In this document: in pieces, positions 8,768 through 17,192 of the stretch | Layout of the letters: the number at the start of each line of letters is the position of its first letter | How positions within the stretch are numbered: the stretch's first letter is position 1 | Assembly (NCBI GenBank): GCA_046597055.1 | Contig: JBKJLC010000186.1 | Coordinates: 1-38,800 of the forward strand | From: Kofleriaceae bacterium | Lineage (GTDB): Bacteria > Myxococcota_A > Polyangia > Haliangiales > Haliangiaceae | DNA length: 38,800 bases | Direction of reading: 5' to 3' | Program-made: the position numbers and the translations under genes | Notes under the pieces: model-generated | Told to the model about the DNA's origin: nothing | The model's database searches: none | What the model saw: the letters and a program-made list of their open reading frames with translations, nothing else

Positions 8768-10402
8768 ATGAGCACCCCAGACCGATCCAGACAACTTCGC
8801 TGGCCAGCTCTCTCGCCGCTGCTCCTGGCCCTGGTCGGGTGCACCGGCCTCATCACCGGTGGTGATGACGATGATGCGCCGCCGGTCATCACGCCTGGCG
8901 TCCACTGTGATGACGAGCGGCCGGCCGCCCGGCAGCTGCGGCTCCTGACCCGGCGCGAGTACCAGAACACGGTCCGGGATCTGCTCGGGGTCGAGGTCGA
9001 CGCCGCCAGCATCCCGGTCGAGCCGCGGCCGCAGGGCTTCGACAACACCGCGGCGGCGATGGTGATCACCAGCCGCCACATGGACTCGTACGTCGCGGTC
9101 GCCGAGGACGCGGTCGAGCGGGCGGTCACCACCCGGCGCGCGACCCTGGTGCCGTGCGACCCGGCCGCGCCCGCGTGCGCCCGCCAGGTGGTCGAGACCC
9201 TCGGCAGCCGCGCGCTGCGCCGGCCGCTGACCGAGGAAGAGATCACCTCGTACGCCTCGGCGTTCGCCGGCCAGAGCTTCGACGACGGCCTGCGGGTCGC
9301 GATCGGCGCGATGCTGGTGTCGCCGTCGTTCCTGTACCGGTGGGAGGTCGGCGAGAGCGTCGGCCAGCTCGCGTACCTGTCGCCGTACGAGGTCGCCTCG
9401 TCGCTGTCGTACCTGTTCTGGGGCAGCATGCCCGACCAGACGCTGTTCGACGCGGCGCGCGCCAACCAGCTCGAGAGCCCCGAGGCGCGGATGGCGCAGG
9501 CGCGCCGGCTGCTCGCGGATCCGCGCGCGCGCGACCAGGTCGCCAACTTCGTCGGCCAGTGGCTGCGCACCGACGGCCTCACCGCCAGCAAGGACGGCGG
9601 CATCTACCCGCAGTTCACCGACGCGATCCGGGTCGCGATGAGCGAGGAGGAGCGTCGCTTCATCATCGACGTCGTGTTCGAGCGGCAGGGCAGCTTCCAG
9701 GATCTGTTCAAGTCCGACTACGTGATCGTCAACGACGCGCTCGCCGACTTCTACGGCGTGGCCCGCCCCGGCGCCGGCTTCGCCAAGGTGCCGGTCGCCG
9801 CCGACAGCGGGCGCGGCGGCCTGCTCGGGCTGGGCAGCCTGCTCGCCAGCCACGCGCACTCCAACGAGTCATCGCCGATCAAGCGCGGCGTGTTCGTCCG
9901 CAAGCGGCTGCTCTGTCAGGACCTGCCCGACCCGCCCCCGACCCTCGACACCACCCCGCCGGGCCTCGATCCGACCCTGACCACGCGCGATCGGTTCGCC
10001 GCTCACACCGACAACCCGGCGTGCTCGGGCTGCCACAAGCTGATCGACGGCATCGGGTTCGGCTTCGAGGGCTTCGACGGCGTCGGCGCCCGGCGCACCA
10101 CCGAGAACGGCCTGGCGGTCGACATGAGCGGCGAGGTGGTCGGGCTCGAGAGCCTGTCGTCCACTGCCAGCACCCCGTTCAACGACGTGAACGGGCTGGC
10201 CTCGCTGCTCGCCGAGAGCCCGGCCGCCCAGTCGTGCCTGCCGCTCCAGTACTTCCGCTACGCCCGCGGCATCGAGGACGACGAGTACGACGCCTGCGCC
10301 ATCCACAACCTCCAGCTCGCCTTCGCCGACGCCGACCTGAGCATCCAGGAGCTCCTGGTCGCGATCGTCGCCCAGCCCACCTTCACGGTCCGGAAGAACT
10401 GA
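8768..10402 (+). CDS. DUF1592/DUF1588/DUF1587-type (PSD) lipoprotein with one CxxCH
   Basis: LVGC lipobox; RLLTRREYQNTVRDLLG, SPSFLY, LSYLFWGSMPD, SSPIKRGVFV, CSGCHKLIDGIGFGFE. Confidence 0.9.
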   Translation: MSTPDRSRQLRWPALSPLLLALVGCTGLITGGDDDDAPPVITPGVHCDDERPAARQLRLLTRREYQNTVRDLLGVEVDAASIPVEPRPQGFDNTAAAMVITSRHMDSYVAVAEDAVERAVTTRRATLVPCDPAAPACARQVVETLGSRALRRPLTEEEITSYASAFAGQSFDDGLRVAIGAMLVSPSFLYRWEVGESVGQLAYLSPYEVASSLSYLFWGSMPDQTLFDAARANQLESPEARMAQARRLLADPRARDQVANFVGQWLRTDGLTASKDGGIYPQFTDAIRVAMSEEERRFIIDVVFERQGSFQDLFKSDYVIVNDALADFYGVARPGAGFAKVPVAADSGRGGLLGLGSLLASHAHSNESSPIKRGVFVRKRLLCQDLPDPPPTLDTTPPGLDPTLTTRDRFAAHTDNPACSGCHKLIDGIGFGFEGFDGVGARRTTENGLAVDMSGEVVGLESLSSTASTPFNDVNGLASLLAESPAAQSCLPLQYFRYARGIEDDEYDACAIHNLQLAFADADLSIQELLVAIVAQPTFTVRKN

Positions 10403-10409
10403 GGACGTC

Positions 10410-11756
10410 ATGACCACCAAGATCTCGCGACGTTCGCTCCTCGCCGGCGCCACCGCGGCGGGCCTGCTCGCCCCGTTCCTCCGGCTGACCCGGCGCGCCC
10501 ACGCCGACGCCAACACCGATCGCACCAAGGCGCTGTTCGTCTACGTGCCCGACGGCTGCATCCCCACCCACTGGCACCCGACCGGCTCGGAGACCAACTT
10601 CACGCTGCGTCAGATGACCGAGCCGCTGGCGCCGATCAAGCAGCACCTGGTGTTCCTGAAGGGCCTCGACATGTACGAGGGCGGCGCCACCCACGAGGGC
10701 GGCATCCGCAAGGTCCTCACCGGCAACACCCCGGTGTCGCTCGACGTCTTCCTGGGCCAGAAGGTCAACGCGGTGACCCCGCTGCCGCACGCGTCGATCC
10801 AGCTTGGCATCGGGTCGAACTTCCAGAACGGCTCGGGCGGGTTCTCGTTCATCGGCCCTGGCCAGGAGGTGAAGCCCGACGACAACCCGATCGCGGCGTT
10901 CACCCGCATCTTCGGCGCCGCGCCGGGCTCGGTCCCGGGCGCCGGCGGCAGCACCGAGCCGACCGCCGAGCTCCGACGCCGGCGGTCGATCGTCGACCTG
11001 GCCAGCGCCGACCTCGCGCGCACCCGCACCAAGCTGGGCGCGACCGAGCGCGAGAAGCTCGACATCCACGTCGAGTCGTTCCGCGAGGTCGAGCGCCGCG
11101 TCAACGGCGGCGCCGGTGGCGGCGCCGGCTGCACCGCGTCGACCTTCAACACTCGCGGCTTCGCGGTGCTGCCGACTGACTACTACCCCAAGACCTACGA
11201 GAAGGAGGAGGAGTTCCAGCGCGTCGGCGAGCTGCAGATGGACATCGCCGCGCTGTCGCTGTCGTGCAGCATGACGCGGGTCGCCTCGCTGATGTGGTCG
11301 CACCCGGTGTCGCCGACCCGGGTCGCCGCGAGCGGCGCGTCGATCAGCAACCACGACGCCTCGCACTTCGGCAGTCCCGACTCGGCGACCGCGATGCAGT
11401 TCATCTCGATCAAGCGCTGGTTCATGCAGCGCTTCGTCTACCTGATCGAGAAGCTGGCGACGACGCCGGACCCGAGCGGCGGCATGCTGCTCGACACCAC
11501 CGTCGTGTTCCTGTGCAGCGAGCTCGGCGACAGCAACAACCACGACCACCGCAACATGCCGTTCCTGCTCGCCGGCCGCGCCTCGGGTCAGCTGCAGACC
11601 GGCCGCCTGGTCGACTACACCGGCACCGCGACCGGTGGCGCCAACCAGCCGCACAGCAAGCTGCTGGTCTCGATCGCCGGGCTGATGGGCGTGCCGGTGG
11701 ACACCTACGGCTACGCCGGGCTCGGCACCGGCGGGCTGCCCGACCTGCGCGCGTAG
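10410..11756 (+). CDS. DUF1552 (HXXSHH-like) protein, Tat-exported
   Basis: SRRSLL Tat motif; YVPDG, NHDASH, MLLDTTVV, SELGD..HDHRNMP. Directly follows its usual DUF1592 partner. Confidence 0.9.
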   Translation: MTTKISRRSLLAGATAAGLLAPFLRLTRRAHADANTDRTKALFVYVPDGCIPTHWHPTGSETNFTLRQMTEPLAPIKQHLVFLKGLDMYEGGATHEGGIRKVLTGNTPVSLDVFLGQKVNAVTPLPHASIQLGIGSNFQNGSGGFSFIGPGQEVKPDDNPIAAFTRIFGAAPGSVPGAGGSTEPTAELRRRRSIVDLASADLARTRTKLGATEREKLDIHVESFREVERRVNGGAGGGAGCTASTFNTRGFAVLPTDYYPKTYEKEEEFQRVGELQMDIAALSLSCSMTRVASLMWSHPVSPTRVAASGASISNHDASHFGSPDSATAMQFISIKRWFMQRFVYLIEKLATTPDPSGGMLLDTTVVFLCSELGDSNNHDHRNMPFLLAGRASGQLQTGRLVDYTGTATGGANQPHSKLLVSIAGLMGVPVDTYGYAGLGTGGLPDLRA

Positions 11757-11807
11757 TGAAGCGAGCGGTCGGGTGGCAGGCCCGGCCCGACGTGCGATCG
11801 TCGCGGC

Positions 11808-12785
11808 ATGCTCCTGCTCCGCATCGTCGCGCCGGTCGACCTGGCCGCGCAGGTGGTCGGCTACCTCGAGAGCCTCGACGTCGCCTGCGACCTCGTCCAC
11901 ATCCCGGGCGCGGGCCGCAAGCCGAAGGGTGACCTCATCCAGTGCCTGGTGCCGGCCGAGACCGGCAGCGCGGTGGTCGGCGTCTTGCGCGAGCTCGGCG
12001 TCGCCATCCACGGGTCGATCATCATCGACCGGGTCGAGGCCGCCGTGTCCGACGCGGCCGCGCGGGCCGACGCGCTCGAGCCCGACAGCCTCGCCGTCAT
12101 CTGGGAGGAGGTCGAGGCCCGCACCCGCACGATGGCCGAGGCGTCACCGGCCTTCCTCATCTACATGATGGCGGCGACCGTGATCGCCGCGATCGGGGTC
12201 CTGACCGACTCGACCATCCTGATCGTCGGCGCGATGGTGCTGGGCCCCGAGTTTGGCCCGCTGGCCGGGCTGTGCGTCGGCCTGGTCCAGCGCCGGCGCG
12301 CGCTGATCCGGACCTCGGCGGTCGCGCTGGTGATCGGGTTCGCCCTCGCGATCGTCGCGGCCCTGGTCGCGACCCTGCTCTTCCGCGCGGCGGGGATGGG
12401 GCCGGTGGCGCTGGACAGCTCGCTCAACGAGGCGACCATGTTCATCGCGCGCCCGGACGGCTTCAGCGTCGTGGTCGCCTCGCTGGCCGGCGCCGCCGGG
12501 ATGCTGTCGCTCACGACCGCGAGCGCGGGGACGTTGGTCGGCATCCTGATCTCGGTCACGACCTTGCCGGCCGCCGCCAACATCGGCGTCGGCCTGGCCT
12601 ACCGTGACATCGGGGAGGTCGAGGGGTCGGCCGCGCAGCTCGGCATCAACGTCGCCGCCATGCTGATCGCCGGCGGCGCGACCCTCCTGGCCCAGCGGCT
12701 GGCCTTCACCCGCCAGCTCGCGGGCTATCTGGCGCGGCTCAACCCGCCGTCGCAAACGCGGTCAACCAAGGACGACCGCGGCTGA
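11808..12785 (+). CDS. DUF389 family membrane protein
   Basis: IAAIGVLTDSTILIVGAMVLGPEFGPL and LVGILISVTTLPAAANIG motifs; several hydrophobic helices. Confidence 0.9.
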   Translation: MLLLRIVAPVDLAAQVVGYLESLDVACDLVHIPGAGRKPKGDLIQCLVPAETGSAVVGVLRELGVAIHGSIIIDRVEAAVSDAAARADALEPDSLAVIWEEVEARTRTMAEASPAFLIYMMAATVIAAIGVLTDSTILIVGAMVLGPEFGPLAGLCVGLVQRRRALIRTSAVALVIGFALAIVAALVATLLFRAAGMGPVALDSSLNEATMFIARPDGFSVVVASLAGAAGMLSLTTASAGTLVGILISVTTLPAAANIGVGLAYRDIGEVEGSAAQLGINVAAMLIAGGATLLAQRLAFTRQLAGYLARLNPPSQTRSTKDDRG

Positions 12786-12838
12786 CGCCGCCATGGCGGC
12801 TCGCTTCCGCCGCGGGCCGGGGCAAGGTGTCCCCGCCC

Positions 12839-14203
12839 ATGAGTTTCCTCGGCTGGCTCACGTTCTCCGGCGCCCTCCTGATGCTCATGGCGCTGTCGTC
12901 GGCGTACGTCCGCCGGCTCCCGGTCTCGACCTCGATCATCTACCTCGTGGTCGGCATCGCGATCGGCCCCATCGGGTTCGAGCTGGCCACGCTCGACGTC
13001 CACGACGCCAGCTGGCTCGAGCGACTGGCCGAGATCGCGGTGATCATCTCGCTGTTCATCGGCGGCCTGCGGCTGCGCCTGCCGGTGCGCCACAAGGCCT
13101 GGCGGGCCGCGTTCCGGCTGGCCGGCCCGGTGATGCTGGCGTCGATCCTGGGCCTGGCGGCGCTGCTCCACCTCGCGCTCGGGCTCGATCTCGGCACGTC
13201 CGTGCTGGTCGCCGCGATCCTGGCCCCGACCGACCCGGTGCTGGCCAGCGCGGTCGCGGTCAACGACGCCGGCGACCACGACCGGATGCGGTACGGCATC
13301 TCGGGCGAGGCCGGGCTCAACGACGGCATGGCGTTCCCGTTCGTCATCCTCGGCATGCTGTGGATCGAGCACGACGGCGGTGGTGGCTGGCTCGGGTCGT
13401 GGGCGCTGCACCGGCTGCTGTGGGCGGTGCCGGCCGGCCTCGCGCTCGGCTACTTCTTGGGCTCGTCGATCGGTCGGGTCGCGATCAAGCTGCGCACCCA
13501 CACCCGCGACACCGACGCGCCCAGCGACTTCCTCGCGCTCGCGGTGATCCTGGTGTCCTACGTGGCCGCCGAGACCATCGCGGCCTGGGGCTTCCTCGCG
13601 GTGTTCGCGGCCGGGGTCGGCGTGCGCCACGCCGAGATGATCGTGGTCGCGGAATCGCCGCACCCGGAGATCGAGCCGACCTCGACCGGCCACGCGGCGG
13701 TCCCCCACCCGCCCGCCGAGGAGCTGGCCGCCACCGTGAGCAGCCCCGAAGAGCTCGACCAGCCGGCGGTCGCCGCCGGCGTGATGGTGGCCGAGACCTT
13801 GTCGTTCGGCGACACCGTCGAGCGCATCCTCGAGGTCCTGCTGGTGATGCTGGTCGGCATCGGGCTCGCCTCACACTGGGATGCCCGCGCGATCCCGATC
13901 GGCCTCGTGCTGTTCGTCGTGATCCGGCCGCTGGCGACCCACCTCTTGCTGATGGGCACCCCGACCACGAAGCTCCAGCGCTGGGCGATGGGCTGGTTCG
14001 GCATCCGCGGCATCGGCAGCATCTACTATCTCGGCTACGCGATCAGCCACGGCGTGCCGGTGGCGAGCACGACCATCGCGGCCGACCTCGTCTTCTCGAT
14101 CGTCGCGCTCAGCATCGTCGTCCACGGCGTCTCGGGGACGCCGCTGCTCGCGCGCTACGAGCGCGCGCTGGCCCGGCGCAAGCGTCGGCCCCGGCCGGCC
14201 TGA
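12839..14203 (+). CDS. Cation:proton antiporter, CPA1/NhaP-like
   Basis: LAPTDPVLA, GEAGLNDG, GWFGIRGIGS and SIVVHG motifs; many TM helices. Confidence 0.92.
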   Translation: MSFLGWLTFSGALLMLMALSSAYVRRLPVSTSIIYLVVGIAIGPIGFELATLDVHDASWLERLAEIAVIISLFIGGLRLRLPVRHKAWRAAFRLAGPVMLASILGLAALLHLALGLDLGTSVLVAAILAPTDPVLASAVAVNDAGDHDRMRYGISGEAGLNDGMAFPFVILGMLWIEHDGGGGWLGSWALHRLLWAVPAGLALGYFLGSSIGRVAIKLRTHTRDTDAPSDFLALAVILVSYVAAETIAAWGFLAVFAAGVGVRHAEMIVVAESPHPEIEPTSTGHAAVPHPPAEELAATVSSPEELDQPAVAAGVMVAETLSFGDTVERILEVLLVMLVGIGLASHWDARAIPIGLVLFVVIRPLATHLLLMGTPTTKLQRWAMGWFGIRGIGSIYYLGYAISHGVPVASTTIAADLVFSIVALSIVVHGVSGTPLLARYERALARRKRRPRPA

Positions 14204-14249
14204 CCCCGGCCCGCGGGGCCGCAGCGAACCGTCGCGCGTATAGTGGGCC

Positions 14250-14778
14250 ATGCCATATCGGTCCCTCGATGTCCAGGTAGACGGCCTCCGCCTGGACGCG
14301 CCTGATCTCGAGCGGGTCAATGCCGTCCTGCGCCGCCATGCGCCGCCCTTCGAGCTGAAGGAGTGGCAAGGCACACTGTCGATCTCGCGCATCGCGGTCC
14401 GAGACGACGAGCGCGCGCGAACGCGACAGCTGCGGACGTTGGTCGCCGTGATCCCTGCCCGTGGTCCATCGCATTGCCCCCATCACGGTCGTGAGCGCCT
14501 ACACGATCCCACGGAGTGAGGGCGGCACAACTGGCGGCTCATACGAGGTGCTGGTGACCAACACCGCGCCTGCGAAGTCCTGGCTCGGCACGGGCGACCC
14601 GGCCGCAGCGAGCCCGACGATCGTGCTCGAAGACGGGCCCAATCACCTGGCCGACGGCGTGGTCCTCGAGCTGCTCGGTCGGGCCGCCCTGCTCCGCACC
14701 GGGGACCAGCGGGTGCATCTCGAAGCCGGCGATGATGTCCAGATCGGGAGCATCACCTACCGTCTCGTCCAGCTGTGA
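14250..14778 (+). pseudogene. Hypothetical gene with an FHA-like C-terminus, split by a +1 frameshift near 14454
   Basis: ORFs 14250-14519 and 14461-14778 overlap. Deleting one C in ATCCCTG (14451-14457) joins them as ...LVAVILPVVHRIAPITVV... (175 aa), ending LEAGDDVQIGSITYRL. Confidence 0.6.
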
Positions 14779-14931
14779 TCGCCGCGACCGCCCCGAGCGC
14801 CGGATAGCCGGTCGAACCGGGGGAGGTCGAGCGGCGTACTATCACGCCGATTCATGTACGAGCGACGACAGTCATTACGCCCCCACCTGTCGTCGCAACT
14901 CACACAGGCCGGCCGCGTGCAGCGGATCTCT

Positions 14932-14962
14932 GATCTTTTTTCGACTCGCGTGAAAAAAGATC
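14932..14962. promoter_or_regulatory. Perfect 11-bp AT-rich inverted repeat (candidate operator/UAS)
   Basis: GATCTTTTTTC-N9-GAAAAAAGATC, about 250 bp upstream of the first cytochrome gene. Confidence 0.6.
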
Positions 14963-15053
14963 GGCTGTAAGGACGGCTACGCGACTAACGTCCACCCGGC
15001 ACCTCGCCGCCCACGCAAGTGCCCGCATTGAGCGGCCGCATGCACTTCGCGAC

Positions 15054-15068
15054 TGGCACCTACATCGC
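15054..15068 (+). promoter_or_regulatory. Candidate sigma54 -24/-12 promoter
   Basis: TGGCAC-CTACA-TCGC versus the consensus TGGCAC-N5-TTGC. Confidence 0.35.
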
Positions 15069-15209
15069 CTGTGCGCGAGTTGCTGCCTACATCGCGAGCT
15101 GCGCAAAGGGGCTTGAATCGGCGCCGCAGCTGGCGCTGACTGGAATTCGACAAGCCCTGCAGTGCTCGCCATTGCGGGGACACGAACGCTCCACGCCGAG
15201 GGATGGCAA

Positions 15210-16892
15210 ATGAGCTACACACGAAGTGCGCTTGTGCCCGTTCTTGCCGGACTGTGCCTCTCCAGCCTGATCGCTGGCTGCGCCGACGAAGCGCCGGCCA
15301 TCGCCAGTGCCGAGGCTGACCTCCACGGAGAGTGGCAATACCTTTGGTGGGAGAAAGAGCGCGACCGGCGCGAGGACGCGCTGGCCGCGCACCTGGCCAG
15401 TCAGGCCGACAACTTCGACAGGTACCGGAGCATGCCGGCCGGCACCATCGGCATCCCGACGGTCATCTTCCGGCTGTTCCCCGAGGTCCTGCCGCAGTAC
15501 TGGGGCCCGCCCGCCTCCAACTTCGCGGTGCTCGGCCTCGCGAACGATCCGTATGATCCCGGCGCGGTGCTGCCGCTCGGGCTCGGCCACATCCGCGGCG
15601 CCAACCCGGTCCCGACGCCTGCGGGCAACGTTCACCTGCGCGTCGTCGGCCTGACCTGCGCGACCTGTCACAGCGGGCGGGTCCAGCTCCCGAGTGGCGA
15701 GATCCAGGACATCGTCGGCGCGCCGTCCACGGAGTTCAAGTTCCACCTGTACCGCACGCTCCTGGCGGTCACGGTCAATCACCCGGATTACACCGCCGCC
15801 AACTTTCGCGCCGCGCTCGCGGCCAAGCCGGCGGGCTGGCTCTACAACGACCCCGCGCTCGCGGTGCAAGAGGCGACCGAGCGCGCCGTCTTCAACGCCG
15901 CCGCCGAGCAGCTCCTGGCCTCGGTCAAGGGCTCCGTGAACGCTGGCGTCGTGCATGGCCGGCAGACGCTTGGCGCCCACACCTACGCGGTCCCCAATGC
16001 GCCCAGCCTCAGCACCCAGCCCCATCCCGGGCAGATGGATGCCATGGGCAGCTACGCGGCCCTGTCCGTCAACCCGGCGCTGTTTCCTGATCCGGCCGCG
16101 CTCAAGGCCGTGCTGCCGCCGCGGCCTGCGCTGGTCGACCAGATGTACATCTGGAAGGTCAGCGATCGGCCGAGCACCAAGTGGGGCGGCGAGGTCGTCG
16201 ACCCGACCCACTCGCTGGCCGGCGCCGCCATGGGCATGGTCGGCAATCCGAACTTCGTGAACATGGAGGCCGTCAATGCCTCGGCCGAGCTCACGTGGGA
16301 CCTGCCGGCCAAGCCGTATCCCTTCCAGATCCACCTCGGGAAGGCCGTCCGCGGCTGGCTGATCTACCAGCGTCACTGCGCCGGCTGCCACGCGCCCGGC
16401 AACGACAACCTGTTGACGCCCGCCGAGGTCGGCACCGACGGCAATCGCGCCATCGTGCTGACCGACTACACCGTCGCAGCGCTGCGCCAGATGATCCGCA
16501 TTGCCTGCAGCGATCCGGTCACCTGCCGCGATGCCTACGGCGCTCCACTTCCCGACGAGAGCGTGATGCGCAAGACCGGCGCCTACGCCGCGCTGCCGCT
16601 CGATGGCATCTGGTCACGCGCCCCGTATCTCCACAACGGGTCGGTGCCGACCCTGCGCGCCCTGCTCACCGGCGACCGGCCGGCGACCTTCTACCGGGGC
16701 AACATCAGCTACGACCAGCGAAACGTCGGCTTCACCTGGGATCGCGCCGAGGGTGCCAATGCCGCGCTGTACCAGACCACGCTCGAGGGCAACTCGAACG
16801 TCGGCCACAGCTCGGCCCAGTTCACCGGCCTCGACTGGCGCCGGCACCCCGCGCGCCTCGACGATTTGCTCGAGTACCTGAAGACGCTGTAA
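15210..16892 (+). CDS. Di-heme c-type cytochrome lipoprotein, RoxA/MauG-related (copy 1)
   Basis: LIAGC lipobox, CATCH and CAGCH heme motifs, EVGTD, GIWSRAPYLHNGSVPTL, GNSNVGH, LLEYLKTL. Confidence 0.88.
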   Translation: MSYTRSALVPVLAGLCLSSLIAGCADEAPAIASAEADLHGEWQYLWWEKERDRREDALAAHLASQADNFDRYRSMPAGTIGIPTVIFRLFPEVLPQYWGPPASNFAVLGLANDPYDPGAVLPLGLGHIRGANPVPTPAGNVHLRVVGLTCATCHSGRVQLPSGEIQDIVGAPSTEFKFHLYRTLLAVTVNHPDYTAANFRAALAAKPAGWLYNDPALAVQEATERAVFNAAAEQLLASVKGSVNAGVVHGRQTLGAHTYAVPNAPSLSTQPHPGQMDAMGSYAALSVNPALFPDPAALKAVLPPRPALVDQMYIWKVSDRPSTKWGGEVVDPTHSLAGAAMGMVGNPNFVNMEAVNASAELTWDLPAKPYPFQIHLGKAVRGWLIYQRHCAGCHAPGNDNLLTPAEVGTDGNRAIVLTDYTVAALRQMIRIACSDPVTCRDAYGAPLPDESVMRKTGAYAALPLDGIWSRAPYLHNGSVPTLRALLTGDRPATFYRGNISYDQRNVGFTWDRAEGANAALYQTTLEGNSNVGHSSAQFTGLDWRRHPARLDDLLEYLKTL

Positions 16893-16953
16893 CCGTCACG
16901 CACGCATGCACTCGCGCGCCCGTCGGCCACCAGGCCGGCGGGCGTTCCTGCGT
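16893..16953 (+). terminator. 3' hairpin element duplicated after both cytochrome genes (copy 1)
   Basis: Stem CGCCCGTCGGCC-acca-GGCCGGCGGGCG (16917-16944). 60/61 identical to 18879-18939. Confidence 0.55.
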
Positions 16954-17192
16954 CCGGGGCGCGCGCGTCGACGGTGGGGCCCGCGAAGCGCGAGTTCAGG
17001 GGCTGGACCGGTCCCCGCCGCGTGATTGTCAGTCTTTTCCAGGACCTCACCCCGGCCGGGTGCACGCACGGACGAGCCCGACAATGCGCCTTGCGTCGGC
17101 GCGTCAACTCGACTATCAGGGCGCCGGTCACCCCTCGCGATGCTCGCCAGCGCGCGGATGTGGCTGATTCCACGCCCAGGAAAATCAAACTG

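Noticed and set aside
17161..17175. Second sigma54-like GG-N10-GC before cytochrome copy 2
   Set aside because: Poor match to consensus, too close to the ATG, and GG-N10-GC is frequent at this GC content.
16974..17192. Longer N-terminus for cytochrome copy 2 (and 15162 start for copy 1)
   Set aside because: The paralogous lipoprotein signal peptides align from ATG 15210 and ATG 17193.
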